DNA from: Planctomycetota bacterium
GTDB taxonomy: Bacteria; Planctomycetota; Phycisphaerae; Phycisphaerales; Phycisphaeraceae
DNA length: 64,000 nucleotides
Reading direction: 5' to 3'
Assembly: GCA_038747275.1 (NCBI GenBank)
Contig: JBCDJW010000003.1
Location: 4,098 to 68,097 of the forward strand
The notes below the pieces were generated by a model. The model was given only the letters and a program-made list of their open reading frames with translations, had not been told where the DNA came from and did not search any database. The translations under genes and the position numbers were made by a program. This document shows, in pieces, positions 39,601-47,492 of the stretch (positions are counted from its first letter, which is position 1; the number at the start of each line of letters is the position of its first letter).

Positions 39601-41174
39601 TGCTGTTCCAGCGTGTGGGCCAGGTCATTGAGGCTGCGTTTGCGGAGTGGGTCGTCGTCGGTGGCCGCGGCTTCCCGTAGCATCACGGCGGCGTCTTCGG
39701 GTTCGCTTTCCCATTCCGCTACGGCCGCGTCCATCGCCTCGGCCGAGGCGGGGTTGCTGCGGATCGCGGCGATCCCGACGTCCCACCGCTTATCGATCTC
39801 GAAGTCCAACACCCGGCCGACGCCCCAGCCGCCGCCTTCACGCTCGGGGTCTGTCTCGAGTAATTCGTATAGCCGTAGCGCCTTGTCGAAGTCTTCGCTC
39901 TTCATCGCTACGGCAAACGCGAGGGTGCCGACTTTCTGCTTCGACGCGCCCGTGGCGTCGGAACGTTCGAGTTGACGCATCAGCGGGGGCAGCCAGCGGT
40001 AGCGGTGCTCGACGAGCCAGTCCTGGCCGTCGTCGTTGAGGATGTCTTTGATCGCGTCGGTGAGCACGGCGGGGACCTGGCTGTGCTCGGGGCCCTCGGC
40101 GGCGGCGCGGAGGCCGAGGTCGAGGACGGCTTCGTAGCTGCCGCCCCAGCGTGGCCGCAGGGCCCACGCGTAGCCGTCCCAGGGCTCGGCATCGAACGGG
40201 TCGGCGGCTACGGCCCGGTCAAACCATAGCTGCTCGTCGCCCGTGCCTTGCCCCATCGAAACCCGGATCATCGCCGTCGCGGCCTGCGGCAGATCGGGGC
40301 GGGCTTGGTAGGCGGCTTTGAGGTCGACCGCTGCCCGTTCGAGAGACGCCTCGAAACCGCTCCAGCCTTCGTCGGTCACCGTGCTCGACCAACCGCTCCC
40401 CCGGTGCTCCCACGCCGCTTCCAGCGATAGAACGCCGCGGGCTAAATGACGTAGCCACGCCTTCTCGTCTTGGTCGGAAGCGTCTTCGGCGAAGGCTCTA
40501 TACGCGGCTTCGACCTGTTCGAGGTTCGCCTCGTCTCGCAGGCGGAGGACCAGGTTCGACCACCAGTTTTCGAGATCGGGGGTGATCGACCCGGGGCTAC
40601 GGCACCACGCGGCCAGATCGCGGTACAGCTCGTCGCGGAACTGGTTCAGGCTGGGCGTGCGGGCCCACGTGCCGTCTTCCGCCCAATTCACCAGCAGGCC
40701 GAGGTCGGCCACGATCAGGACCGCTTCGGGCGGATAGCCGGCCGCCCGCATGCTCCGGGCGCCGTGCATCTCGCGCTGCATGCGTGGCCCGATGCCGTCG
40801 CGGTGCAGGGCACCGGTGACCCCAAGTAATAGAGGGTCTTCGAACCCGGCGTCGAGAAGTTTTTTCGCCGCGGGGAGCGAGTCCTTCCGGTCGGGCCAAT
40901 CCTCGGGACGGGGCCGGCCTAGATGCTGTGTGTGGGCCGCCCACTTGGCGGCGTCGCCCAGGATGCGGTTTACCTCGTCGACCGTTTCGGCGGGCAGGTC
41001 GCTCTGGGCGTGGTGATCGTCGAAGAAGCGGACCAACGCCTCGTTGAGCGCTCGGGCGTGGACCCTAGCTTGCTGCTTCGAGGCTTCGGGGTCGGCCGTG
41101 AGATTGATCGCCACCGCCGGCAAAGCCAAAACAATCATCGAAGCCACCGCCGCGTAAGCCCTACGTCTGAACAT
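36663..41174 (-). CDS. Large secreted protein with internally duplicated halves; DUF4034-like helical region and beta-sandwich (DUF1080-like) domains
   Basis: 1503 aa with a signal peptide; AAWEHRGSGWSSTVTDEGWSGF (DUF4034-like); paired motifs in both halves. Confidence 0.7.
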   Translation of the reverse strand: MFRRRAYAAVASMIVLALPAVAINLTADPEASKQQARVHARALNEALVRFFDDHHAQSDLPAETVDEVNRILGDAAKWAAHTQHLGRPRPEDWPDRKDSLPAAKKLLDAGFEDPLLLGVTGALHRDGIGPRMQREMHGARSMRAAGYPPEAVLIVADLGLLVNWAEDGTWARTPSLNQFRDELYRDLAAWCRSPGSITPDLENWWSNLVLRLRDEANLEQVEAAYRAFAEDASDQDEKAWLRHLARGVLSLEAAWEHRGSGWSSTVTDEGWSGFEASLERAAVDLKAAYQARPDLPQAATAMIRVSMGQGTGDEQLWFDRAVAADPFDAEPWDGYAWALRPRWGGSYEAVLDLGLRAAAEGPEHSQVPAVLTDAIKDILNDDGQDWLVEHRYRWLPPLMRQLERSDATGASKQKVGTLAFAVAMKSEDFDKALRLYELLETDPEREGGGWGVGRVLDFEIDKRWDVGIAAIRSNPASAEAMDAAVAEWESEPEDAAVMLREAAATDDDPLRKRSLNDLAHTLEQQAAYDRGESVDLLANGLSGWRISRGKFEELPGGGIKAHRIPKEGSRMLSTLRLGEHYEVALDLTPPAIWGGPTLFAVTGLQFGVSESGSTRAQSGVYYESNGLLELRNRNDEGKSEWIGLEAVKHQQAGGRESARIVVRRFGETADIYQNGVPAQRDWTFTERRPGGPLALAIYWNSRGKYGVHDPVHYHRLKVRKLDPSAVSKRAEEDTESVLHTLNPLDPVIDSPGQEPRWTAVPSPDGPLPTDPTPVADPPIARDEVHALFAEGWKDSLAQTAHAEAEWADAGRQIIEREAIRMAVASEPGRTRPDGYLHRDEEKPEAQRILDIGGRDDLLVRAICRANLENNPINRSVPYNEPTYLQLRDAGHTELTGLLLRKRAWLHDPDYRPWAWVKRGENNAMWAEREAAGRALTDRADWLLNNPHNAAPLARLVSPRDLEHHERHANHWRRVSVPAIQAGGPAEWCARSLRLVYDAMAARTLIDAWYDTAPADRNGLALERALDLLSRAEVEALTAWPLASEPAMRAYLAGAIAEAAMDTARAVTGLGRADDAHRFAQASRDWFLVSLAATPQDARLIHQRFDTLKDLHEAGGVLAGMPLPDPDDLEAWGKTYRQIWDAQFTLSQMPTAQRLGALQPAIADWRFVPASKWSDAERREHVIASSHTWLREHGDSVLNDVLAYARRLKTYPRHDDPTHQRYGQAVSLARWLGKTGLAAEILEEAGGPEAIGDTGSYGLRPGPVPAALQASYDAGDIIDLTTPANDIWQNLTGRLNRIEQDGKLTFEVPGGVVHDHWVYCPLELGDQYRISYTMTDPGGWRHTAVASSSIGVAFNTGPDLVLPFFSELPYLGLANNQSVIRSMSRPEMTWGYRWGSGYSLDLLEKANLQGPTYRVVIENRKGSLSLRVNGILARESEPLPGGQPGGGFAIGLKKHYGIEVPAVRFGDITVQKITPRQMAEPIQEPEDREPVPAPKRKRPPRAPH

Positions 41175-41341
41175 CTTGCGCCCCTATGTGGAAAGTAAAC
41201 AGAAAGTCCCGGTTGGCTACAAAGTCAACATTGTAATCCCCCGCCGCTCTGCTTCGAGAAGATTAATGACAGAACCGCGTTATATATCCGTTATCTGCGG
41301 ATGATAGAAGACCGGAAATGATTCTGCTTGTTCTCCGCTAA

Positions 41342-41412
41342 CAGGCCCACAGGGATTTGAACCCCGACTAACTGGACCAGAACCAGTCGTGCTACCGTTA
41401 CACCATGGGCCT
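41342..41412 (-). tRNA. tRNA-Gln (CTG)
   Basis: AGGCCCA/TGGGCCT acceptor, D arm GTG-TAACGGTAG-CAC, anticodon ACTGG-TT-CTG-GT-CCAGT, T arm CGGGG-TTCAAAT-CCCTG. CCA is not encoded. Confidence 0.96.
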
Positions 41413-41428
41413 TGGTGTGTATCACCGA

Positions 41429-41457
41429 ACACTACGGCGACACAAAGAGATCGTCAA
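41429..41457 (-). promoter_or_regulatory. Putative sigma70 promoter of tRNA-Gln (TTGACG-17-TAGTGT)
   Basis: Canonical spacing, about 16 nt upstream of the tRNA. Confidence 0.65.
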
Positions 41458-41497
41458 ACATCGGATACAAGCTTGAAACCCGGTCACCAAATAACGC

Positions 41498-42031
41498 TTA
41501 CTCGGCTGGTTCTAGGTCGTGCCGATAGACCCAATCGCCGGGATCGTAGTGCCAGAGTTCGGGGTACTCGCCGTCCCAGAGCTGATAGCCGAGCTTCTCG
41601 GCGACGCGGCGGGAGCGGTCGTTGGGCGGGGTGATGCAGGCCCAGAGCGTGCGGACCTCGGGGTGCTGCTGCTTGAGGCGGGTGTGGAGCCAGCCGAGGG
41701 CTTCGGTGCCGTAGCCTTGGTCCCAGTGGGCGACGCCGAAGAGGTAGGCAACCTCGGCGCGGTCGCCGAGGATGCTGGCTTCGACCTGGCCGACGCCACG
41801 GCCGGTGTCTTTTTCGAAGACGGCGAAGGTCCACCACGTCTCGCCCTCGCGGTGCGGGGGCGGGCCGGACTCTGCTTGGGCGAGGTCGTCGACGTTTTCG
41901 GGGTGTTGGCCGGGGATGTGTTCGTAGACGCGGCCGTCGACCATGGCTTCGGCGAGGTCGGCGGCGTGGCCGGCCCGGGCGGGTTCGTAGCGCAGGCGGT
42001 CGCTGAATTCGGTGGGGGTGTTGGTGGTCAT
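41498..42031 (-). CDS. GNAT family N-acetyltransferase (RimJ/RimL-like)
   Basis: AEVAYLFGVAHWDQGYGTEA, NDRSRRVAEKLGY. ATGA overlap with rpe. Confidence 0.9.
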   Translation of the reverse strand: MTTNTPTEFSDRLRYEPARAGHAADLAEAMVDGRVYEHIPGQHPENVDDLAQAESGPPPHREGETWWTFAVFEKDTGRGVGQVEASILGDRAEVAYLFGVAHWDQGYGTEALGWLHTRLKQQHPEVRTLWACITPPNDRSRRVAEKLGYQLWDGEYPELWHYDPGDWVYRHDLEPAE

Positions 42032-42723
42032 GGCGAGCCTTGGGGTCGGTGGATCGCGGCGATGGCGGCGGCGCGGTCTTCGGCACCGAACACAGCCGAG
42101 CCCGCCACGATCAGGTCGATGCCGGCGGCGGCGACCTCGGCGGCGTTGCCCGGGCCGACGCCGCCGTCGATCTCGAAGCGGGTGTCGGCGGGCAACTTGG
42201 CCGATAGCTCTTGTATTTTAGCCAGTACTCCGGGGATGAACTTCTGTCCGCCGAAGCCGGGGTGGACGGACATGGCCAGGAACATCTCGACGTGGCCGAT
42301 GAGATGCTGGACCGACGCGGCGGTGGTGGGGGGGTTGAAGCAGACGCCGGCGGTGCAGCCGGTTTTCTTGATCTGTTCGATGAGGTCGAACTCGTGGTGC
42401 TGCTTGCGGCCGGCGGTCGCCTCGATGTGAAACGTGATGTGATCGGCCCCGGCGTCGGCGAAGGGCTCGACGAACATCTCGGGGTTGGTCACCATCAGGT
42501 GGACGTCGAAATACGCGTCGGGGAAACGCTTGCGCAGCGAGGCCATGACCGGCGGGCCCATGGAGAGGTTGGGGACGAAGTGGCCGTCCATGATGTCGAC
42601 GTGGATGCCGTGGGCGCCCTTGTCCAGGACGTCGGCCACGTCGTCGCCGAGGCGGGTGAAGTCGGCGGCGAGGATCGAGGGCAGCACGAGCGGCCGTTCC
42701 GGTTTTTCGGACAGGTTGATCAT
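42028..42723 (-). CDS. rpe: Ribulose-phosphate 3-epimerase
   Basis: PSILAADF, HVDIMDGHFVPN, DVHLMV, MSVHPGFGGQKF, EIDGG. Start ATG 42723; the ORF-track extension to 43098 is spurious. Confidence 0.97.
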   Translation of the reverse strand: MINLSEKPERPLVLPSILAADFTRLGDDVADVLDKGAHGIHVDIMDGHFVPNLSMGPPVMASLRKRFPDAYFDVHLMVTNPEMFVEPFADAGADHITFHIEATAGRKQHHEFDLIEQIKKTGCTAGVCFNPPTTAASVQHLIGHVEMFLAMSVHPGFGGQKFIPGVLAKIQELSAKLPADTRFEIDGGVGPGNAAEVAAAGIDLIVAGSAVFGAEDRAAAIAAIHRPQGSP

Positions 42724-42785
42724 GTCGGCATCGTACCGCCTCGGCAGCGGGCCGACGGATGATTCCTCCGGGATTGTCTCTGCGG

Positions 42786-43106
42786 TCAGGTTTTGATCTT
42801 CAGCAGCACCACACCCGCCACGATCAGCGCAACGCCGAGGTACCGGCCCAGCGAAGAGGGGTCGCCGAAGAACACCACGCCGACGAGGAACGTCCCCGCC
42901 GCGCCAATGCCGGCCCAGACCGCGTATGCCGTGCCGAGCGGGATCGACTTCTGGGCCAGAAAAAGCAGCCCCCCGCTCATCGCCAGACAGCCCACCGCCA
43001 TCGAGACGCCTGCCCACAGCCGCGTTGGCGTTTGGGCGAGCTTGAGACCCACGGGCCAGCCGATCTCGAACAGCCCCGCCAGCAACAACCACAGCCACGC
43101 GATCAT
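42786..43106 (-). CDS. SMR family transporter, Gdx/SugE (guanidinium exporter) subtype
   Basis: GLFEIGW (GxxExxW), IPLGTAYAVWAGIG; four TMs. Start at 43106 or 43112. Confidence 0.88.
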   Translation of the reverse strand: MIAWLWLLLAGLFEIGWPVGLKLAQTPTRLWAGVSMAVGCLAMSGGLLFLAQKSIPLGTAYAVWAGIGAAGTFLVGVVFFGDPSSLGRYLGVALIVAGVVLLKIKT

Positions 43107-43161
43107 GGCCACACCTTAACCCGTTGACGCATCGGCCGCGGGGAAGCGTCCGGCAACGCGA

Positions 43162-44100
43162 TCAATATCGCGACTCACTCCGGTCCGCCTCGGCTTCGAC
43201 CGGTTCGAGCTTCCACGAGCGGATGAAGTCGTAGTACGACGTGTTACGCGAGTCGTCACGCAGGTTGGCCTCGACGGGCGGCAACTCCCAGGTATAGATC
43301 TCGCACACCGCGTTGATAAACATCGGCAGGTCCATCGGCGAGGGGTCGAGCTCGGTCGAGGGTTCGACGGTGTGCATCAGCTGGCCGTCGACATAAAAGT
43401 GCATCGTGTTGGCGTCGACCCACCAGCAGGCGTACGTCCGGAACCGGTCGTAAGACTTGCCGCCGTCGGGCAGGTTGGACCCGCCGCCTTTCTTTAAGTT
43501 GACCGGCTCGTCGCCGCCCTCGGTGAAGTACTCGATGTGCGTATTCGACTTCATCTGCGTGGCGAAGCTCGGCCAACGGCCGGCGTTGCCCACGGCTTCC
43601 ATCACGTCGAGTTCGGTGATCTTGAACGTCCGTTCGGGCTTCGGCCCGCGGTCGTTTTTCATCCAGAAGGTGGTGGACGTGCGTACGTTCGAGGTTTTGA
43701 TGTGGGCTTCGTAGTAGCCGTAGTGGGCGGTCATCGATTTCGACTGGATCGCGCCGCAGCCGATGGTCCACTGCCCCTCGTCTCCCTGGGGCTCGTCGAG
43801 GATGTGGCTTCGGATCTGCAGCATGCCGTCTTTGACGCTGATTGACTCGGGCACGAACTTGCCCGGCACCCGGCCCTCCCAACCGGGGTAGTGGTCCAGC
43901 CACTTGTCGCGGTCGAGTTCGGTGCCGTCGAACTCGTCGCTGAGCGGCTCGTTCAGCACCCAGCGAAACCCTTCCGGAGCTGCGACCGGCGGCGGCGGAA
44001 TCTCGGCTGCGGATGACGATGACGACGGCCCGACCGCGGCGCAGCCGGTGCCGAAATAGATAAACGCCAGAGACAAAGCGAAAAGAATTGGATACAGCAT
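43162..44100 (-). CDS. GH16 glycoside hydrolase lipoprotein (beta-porphyranase/agarase-like)
   Basis: Catalytic ELDVME (ExDxxE), SDEFDG, YGYYEA, WEGRVPG, MKSNTH; lipobox-like GTGC. Confidence 0.88.
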   Translation of the reverse strand: MLYPILFALSLAFIYFGTGCAAVGPSSSSSAAEIPPPPVAAPEGFRWVLNEPLSDEFDGTELDRDKWLDHYPGWEGRVPGKFVPESISVKDGMLQIRSHILDEPQGDEGQWTIGCGAIQSKSMTAHYGYYEAHIKTSNVRTSTTFWMKNDRGPKPERTFKITELDVMEAVGNAGRWPSFATQMKSNTHIEYFTEGGDEPVNLKKGGGSNLPDGGKSYDRFRTYACWWVDANTMHFYVDGQLMHTVEPSTELDPSPMDLPMFINAVCEIYTWELPPVEANLRDDSRNTSYYDFIRSWKLEPVEAEADRSESRY

Positions 44101-44134
44101 AAAAACCTCGGGGAAATGAAAAGGCGACTAGAAA

Positions 44135-45112
44135 TCAGAAGCCGAAGCGGAGGCCGAGGCGGAGGAACGCCGCGTCGTCGAGCTCGCGCAGGTCGCCGTC
44201 GTCGAAACTGTTGAAGCCGGTGGTAAATTCCTGGTCGAACGCCCAGCCGCCCGAGACGGTCCAGGTCTGATCGGGCACCGGCGAGAAGCGGAGCCCCAAC
44301 TCGGCGCGGTCCTGGCTGAAGAAGATGCGTTCATTCTCTTCGCCGTCGATGTGGAAGGCGCGGTTGGTCGCGCTGTAGCCGGCGAAGGCGGTGAGGCGGT
44401 CGTCGATCCGGTAGCTGATGTCGGCCCGCCCGCCGAGGGGCAGGGCGTACTGGATATCGAAAGTCCAGCGGTCGTCCGGCTGATAGAAGATGGTCGAGAA
44501 AGGCAGCCCCAGCGAATACCGCAGCTGAGGCGAGACAAAGACCGAGTACTGGATACCCGGCAGTGGTACGTCGGGCAGCACCGCCCGGCTGCCGTCGAAG
44601 TCGAGGATCAGCGTCAGGCGGGTCTGGCGGTCGAGCTGCTTGCTCGCCAGGACGCTGCCCAGGGTGTAGTAGCCGTCCTCGTCGCCGAAGGGTTGATCGC
44701 CGGCGAAACCGACGCCGCCGCTGACCGCAACGTTCCAGTCCCCGGTGATCTGGCCGAGGTTCTTGCCGACGGCGACCGCGGTGTTGGTGAGTTGGCCGGG
44801 CAGGAGCGGGTCGAGCGAATCGATCTCGATGTGGTCGAACAGCCAGCCGACCGTGAGCGACTGCGGGTCGTTCGCGTCGAAGCGGAACCGGCCGAGCGAC
44901 ACGCCGCGGGTGAGGTTGGTGTCGACGCCGACGGTTTCGGATTCGGTTTGGAGGCCTAGATAATAATTGATGCTGTTGACGGTCTGGCCGGGCTGCCAGG
45001 GGATGGCCATGAGGGCGCTGCCGACCTGGGCCCCGCTGTCCGCCGCGCCCAGCCAGAGGCACAGCGCAGCAACTGTCAGCATCACGGTGCGGAGGAAGGA
45101 GCATTGCGGCAT
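44135..45112 (-). CDS. Outer-membrane beta-barrel protein
   Basis: Signal peptide, alternating beta-strand pattern, terminal LRLGLRFGF. Confidence 0.8.
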   Translation of the reverse strand: MPQCSFLRTVMLTVAALCLWLGAADSGAQVGSALMAIPWQPGQTVNSINYYLGLQTESETVGVDTNLTRGVSLGRFRFDANDPQSLTVGWLFDHIEIDSLDPLLPGQLTNTAVAVGKNLGQITGDWNVAVSGGVGFAGDQPFGDEDGYYTLGSVLASKQLDRQTRLTLILDFDGSRAVLPDVPLPGIQYSVFVSPQLRYSLGLPFSTIFYQPDDRWTFDIQYALPLGGRADISYRIDDRLTAFAGYSATNRAFHIDGEENERIFFSQDRAELGLRFSPVPDQTWTVSGGWAFDQEFTTGFNSFDDGDLRELDDAAFLRLGLRFGF

Positions 45113-45257
45113 TACGGTATGGTATCTCCGCAGCGGGGGTGGTGTTTTAGGGTTTCGCCGGTAGACTTGTATTTCGTTGGCTCGGGCGCGGGTTTGACTG
45201 CGGTTTTGCGGCGGACGGACCCGTTTTTGTGGGACAGACTGTTATGGGGAATCGCCG

Positions 45258-46673
45258 ATGTTGAAGAACGGGATTTTCTTTAGGGCGGCGTTGGCCGTGG
45301 GACTATCGGCAGGGCTCGCGGGGTGCGGGGGCGAAGAACCCAAGCTCACCGCGGAAGAGGAGGCGCTGCTCGCCGAGTTCCGTCAGCAGCGGGACGCCGA
45401 GGCGCAACCCGCCGACGGCGAAGCACCCTACCCCGTTGCCGCAAGTCCGGCCGGGCCGGCCGGAGAGATCCCTTACGACTTCGAGCGGGCCAAGTCCTCG
45501 TCGAACCCCGCCGCCCAAGCTGCGTCCCCGCAGTCGCCTGCCGCGTCCGCTCCCGCGGCCAACGCCCCGACGGCGTCTCTCCCCGCCGTTAATCAACCCA
45601 CCGTCTTCCGCAAACACGAGGTCACCGACCCGGGCATGAACGGTATCGTCGCCAGCAGCATGCTCTACCCCGAGACCTGGAAGGTCGAGGGCGGCATCAC
45701 CCGCGGCTCGAACATGATGTGGTATAACCCACTGTTCCTCGACCTCAAGTTCACCGCCCCCGACGGCCGGCGGCTGCACTTTTTCCCCAGCATGTCATTC
45801 GAGTTCAGCGCCCAGGCCATGCAGCAGGGGGCCCAGCTCTTCCAGCCGATCAACGGCAGCCTCTACTATCCCCTGCCCGAAACGCCCGGCAGCTGGATCA
45901 TGGAACTGATCCGTAACAACCCGGACCCCGAGATCAAGAACGTCCGCCTGATCTCCGAAGAGCCCGAGCCCAACATGACCCGACAGCTCCAGCAGCAGTC
46001 GGCCATGATGTACCAGTCCGCCCAGCAGCTGAACCAGACCGGAGCCCAGCTCGGGATGGGCACCGCCTTCGACACCCAAGCCACCGTCATTAAGCTGCAT
46101 TACGACCACAACGGCACCGCGATCGAGCAGTCGATCCTGATGGCCTGGCAATACTTCGTTAACACCACCCAGGGCCAGCTCACCGGCGGCAAGTGGTCGA
46201 TCTCGCTGATGGTCGGCCTCGGCGGGCCGGTGGGTTCGGACTACGGCAACGACCCCGAGCTGCTGACCATCCTGCAATCGGTCCGCGTTAACCCGAAGTG
46301 GCAGGCGGAGATGAGCAGGCACTGGCAGGAGGTTTCCCGCATCCAGCGGCGGGGCCAGGCCGACCGCGACCGCTCCTGGCGGGCGCATAACGCCAAGATG
46401 CAGCAGTACCGCGAAGACACCAACGCCATCGTCGCCGGCGGCTACGCCACCCGCAACGCGATGCGGGACGAGGGCTTCGCCAAGCAGATCGACGGCGTCC
46501 GCGAGGTCTCGGATTACAACCTCGGCGGCCAGACCGTGAAGATCCCTGACTACTACGACAACGTCCACACCGACGGCACCGGCCGGTACCTGCTCAGCAA
46601 CGACCTCAACTACAACCCCAACCGTGACCTGAACCTGCCCGGCAACTGGACCCGGATCGAACCGGTCCGATGA
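45258..46673 (+). CDS. Hypothetical lipoprotein
   Basis: Lipobox LAGC, Ala/Pro linker, Gln-rich helical segments; coding-like third-position bias. Confidence 0.8.
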   Translation: MLKNGIFFRAALAVGLSAGLAGCGGEEPKLTAEEEALLAEFRQQRDAEAQPADGEAPYPVAASPAGPAGEIPYDFERAKSSSNPAAQAASPQSPAASAPAANAPTASLPAVNQPTVFRKHEVTDPGMNGIVASSMLYPETWKVEGGITRGSNMMWYNPLFLDLKFTAPDGRRLHFFPSMSFEFSAQAMQQGAQLFQPINGSLYYPLPETPGSWIMELIRNNPDPEIKNVRLISEEPEPNMTRQLQQQSAMMYQSAQQLNQTGAQLGMGTAFDTQATVIKLHYDHNGTAIEQSILMAWQYFVNTTQGQLTGGKWSISLMVGLGGPVGSDYGNDPELLTILQSVRVNPKWQAEMSRHWQEVSRIQRRGQADRDRSWRAHNAKMQQYREDTNAIVAGGYATRNAMRDEGFAKQIDGVREVSDYNLGGQTVKIPDYYDNVHTDGTGRYLLSNDLNYNPNRDLNLPGNWTRIEPVR

Positions 46674-46719
46674 AACGGCGCCGGGCCTCGCGCCGTGTCG
46701 GCCTTGGCGATATCCGAGT

Positions 46720-47397
46720 CTACGACCCTGCCGCTTTGACCTTGAAGTCGAGGAACAGGGTATCGACGATCCCCGCGGCGCCGATGCCGACGCCGCCCCT
46801 GCCGACGGCCGGGCCCTGGAGGCCGCCGATCTTGGTGTCGTTGACGAAGACCTCGGCGGTATCGCCGGATTCGACGATCCGCAGAGTGAGCACCGCGGGG
46901 CCGGCGGCCTGGCCGTCGTCGCGTTGGAGGTTGGCGCTCATGGCTTCGACGATGCCGTCGTTCGGCGTGCGGTGTAGCACCTGGACGCGACCGGCGGCGT
47001 TGACGACCAGCAGGAAATATTCCTTGGGGTTTTGTTCCAGCCCGTAGAGTAGGCCGGCCCGGCCGTCGCCCTGCAGCATGACGGTCTTGACCTCGATCGT
47101 CCGTCGGCCGAGCTCGTCCGGCGGTGATTCGACATAGAAGTAGGTGATCGGGTCGGGGTCGTCGGGGTTGATGAGGCGATAGCCGTTGCCGTCGGTCTCG
47201 CCGATCCACGGGCCGTCCGGGTCGGGGCCGTAGAGCAGAAAGGGGGCGAGCACGCCCAGCGACTTGGCCTCCGGCGGCGGGGCCTGCTCGGCCGCTAACG
47301 GCGTCGGCGCCGTATGTAGTGCCAAGACGAAGAGCGAAACCAACCCCGCTACCGCTATGTACTGTTTACCGCGTTGCCAACCCATGACCAACCCCAT
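46720..47397 (-). CDS. Secreted hypothetical beta-rich protein
   Basis: Signal-like segment then a beta-sandwich-like sequence. Start at 47397 or 47385; the ORF extends to 47421. Confidence 0.65.
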   Translation of the reverse strand: MGLVMGWQRGKQYIAVAGLVSLFVLALHTAPTPLAAEQAPPPEAKSLGVLAPFLLYGPDPDGPWIGETDGNGYRLINPDDPDPITYFYVESPPDELGRRTIEVKTVMLQGDGRAGLLYGLEQNPKEYFLLVVNAAGRVQVLHRTPNDGIVEAMSANLQRDDGQAAGPAVLTLRIVESGDTAEVFVNDTKIGGLQGPAVGRGGVGIGAAGIVDTLFLDFKVKAAGS

Positions 47398-47422
47398 CTC
47401 TATTTCGTTCGGTATGACCAAG

Positions 47423-47450
47423 AAAAAAGCCGTAGCGGTCGCGCTACGGC
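47423..47450 (-). terminator. Rho-independent terminator after pgk
   Basis: GCCGTAGCG-cgac-CGCTACGGC (9 bp) followed by TTTTTT on the minus strand. Confidence 0.85.
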
Positions 47451-47492
47451 CGAACTCTTCTCATATTAATTCTGCCACGCCGTAAGGCAAAG

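Noticed and set aside
41175-41342. Possible island downstream of tRNA-Gln
   Set aside because: I saw no duplicated tRNA 3' end and no integrase in the window.
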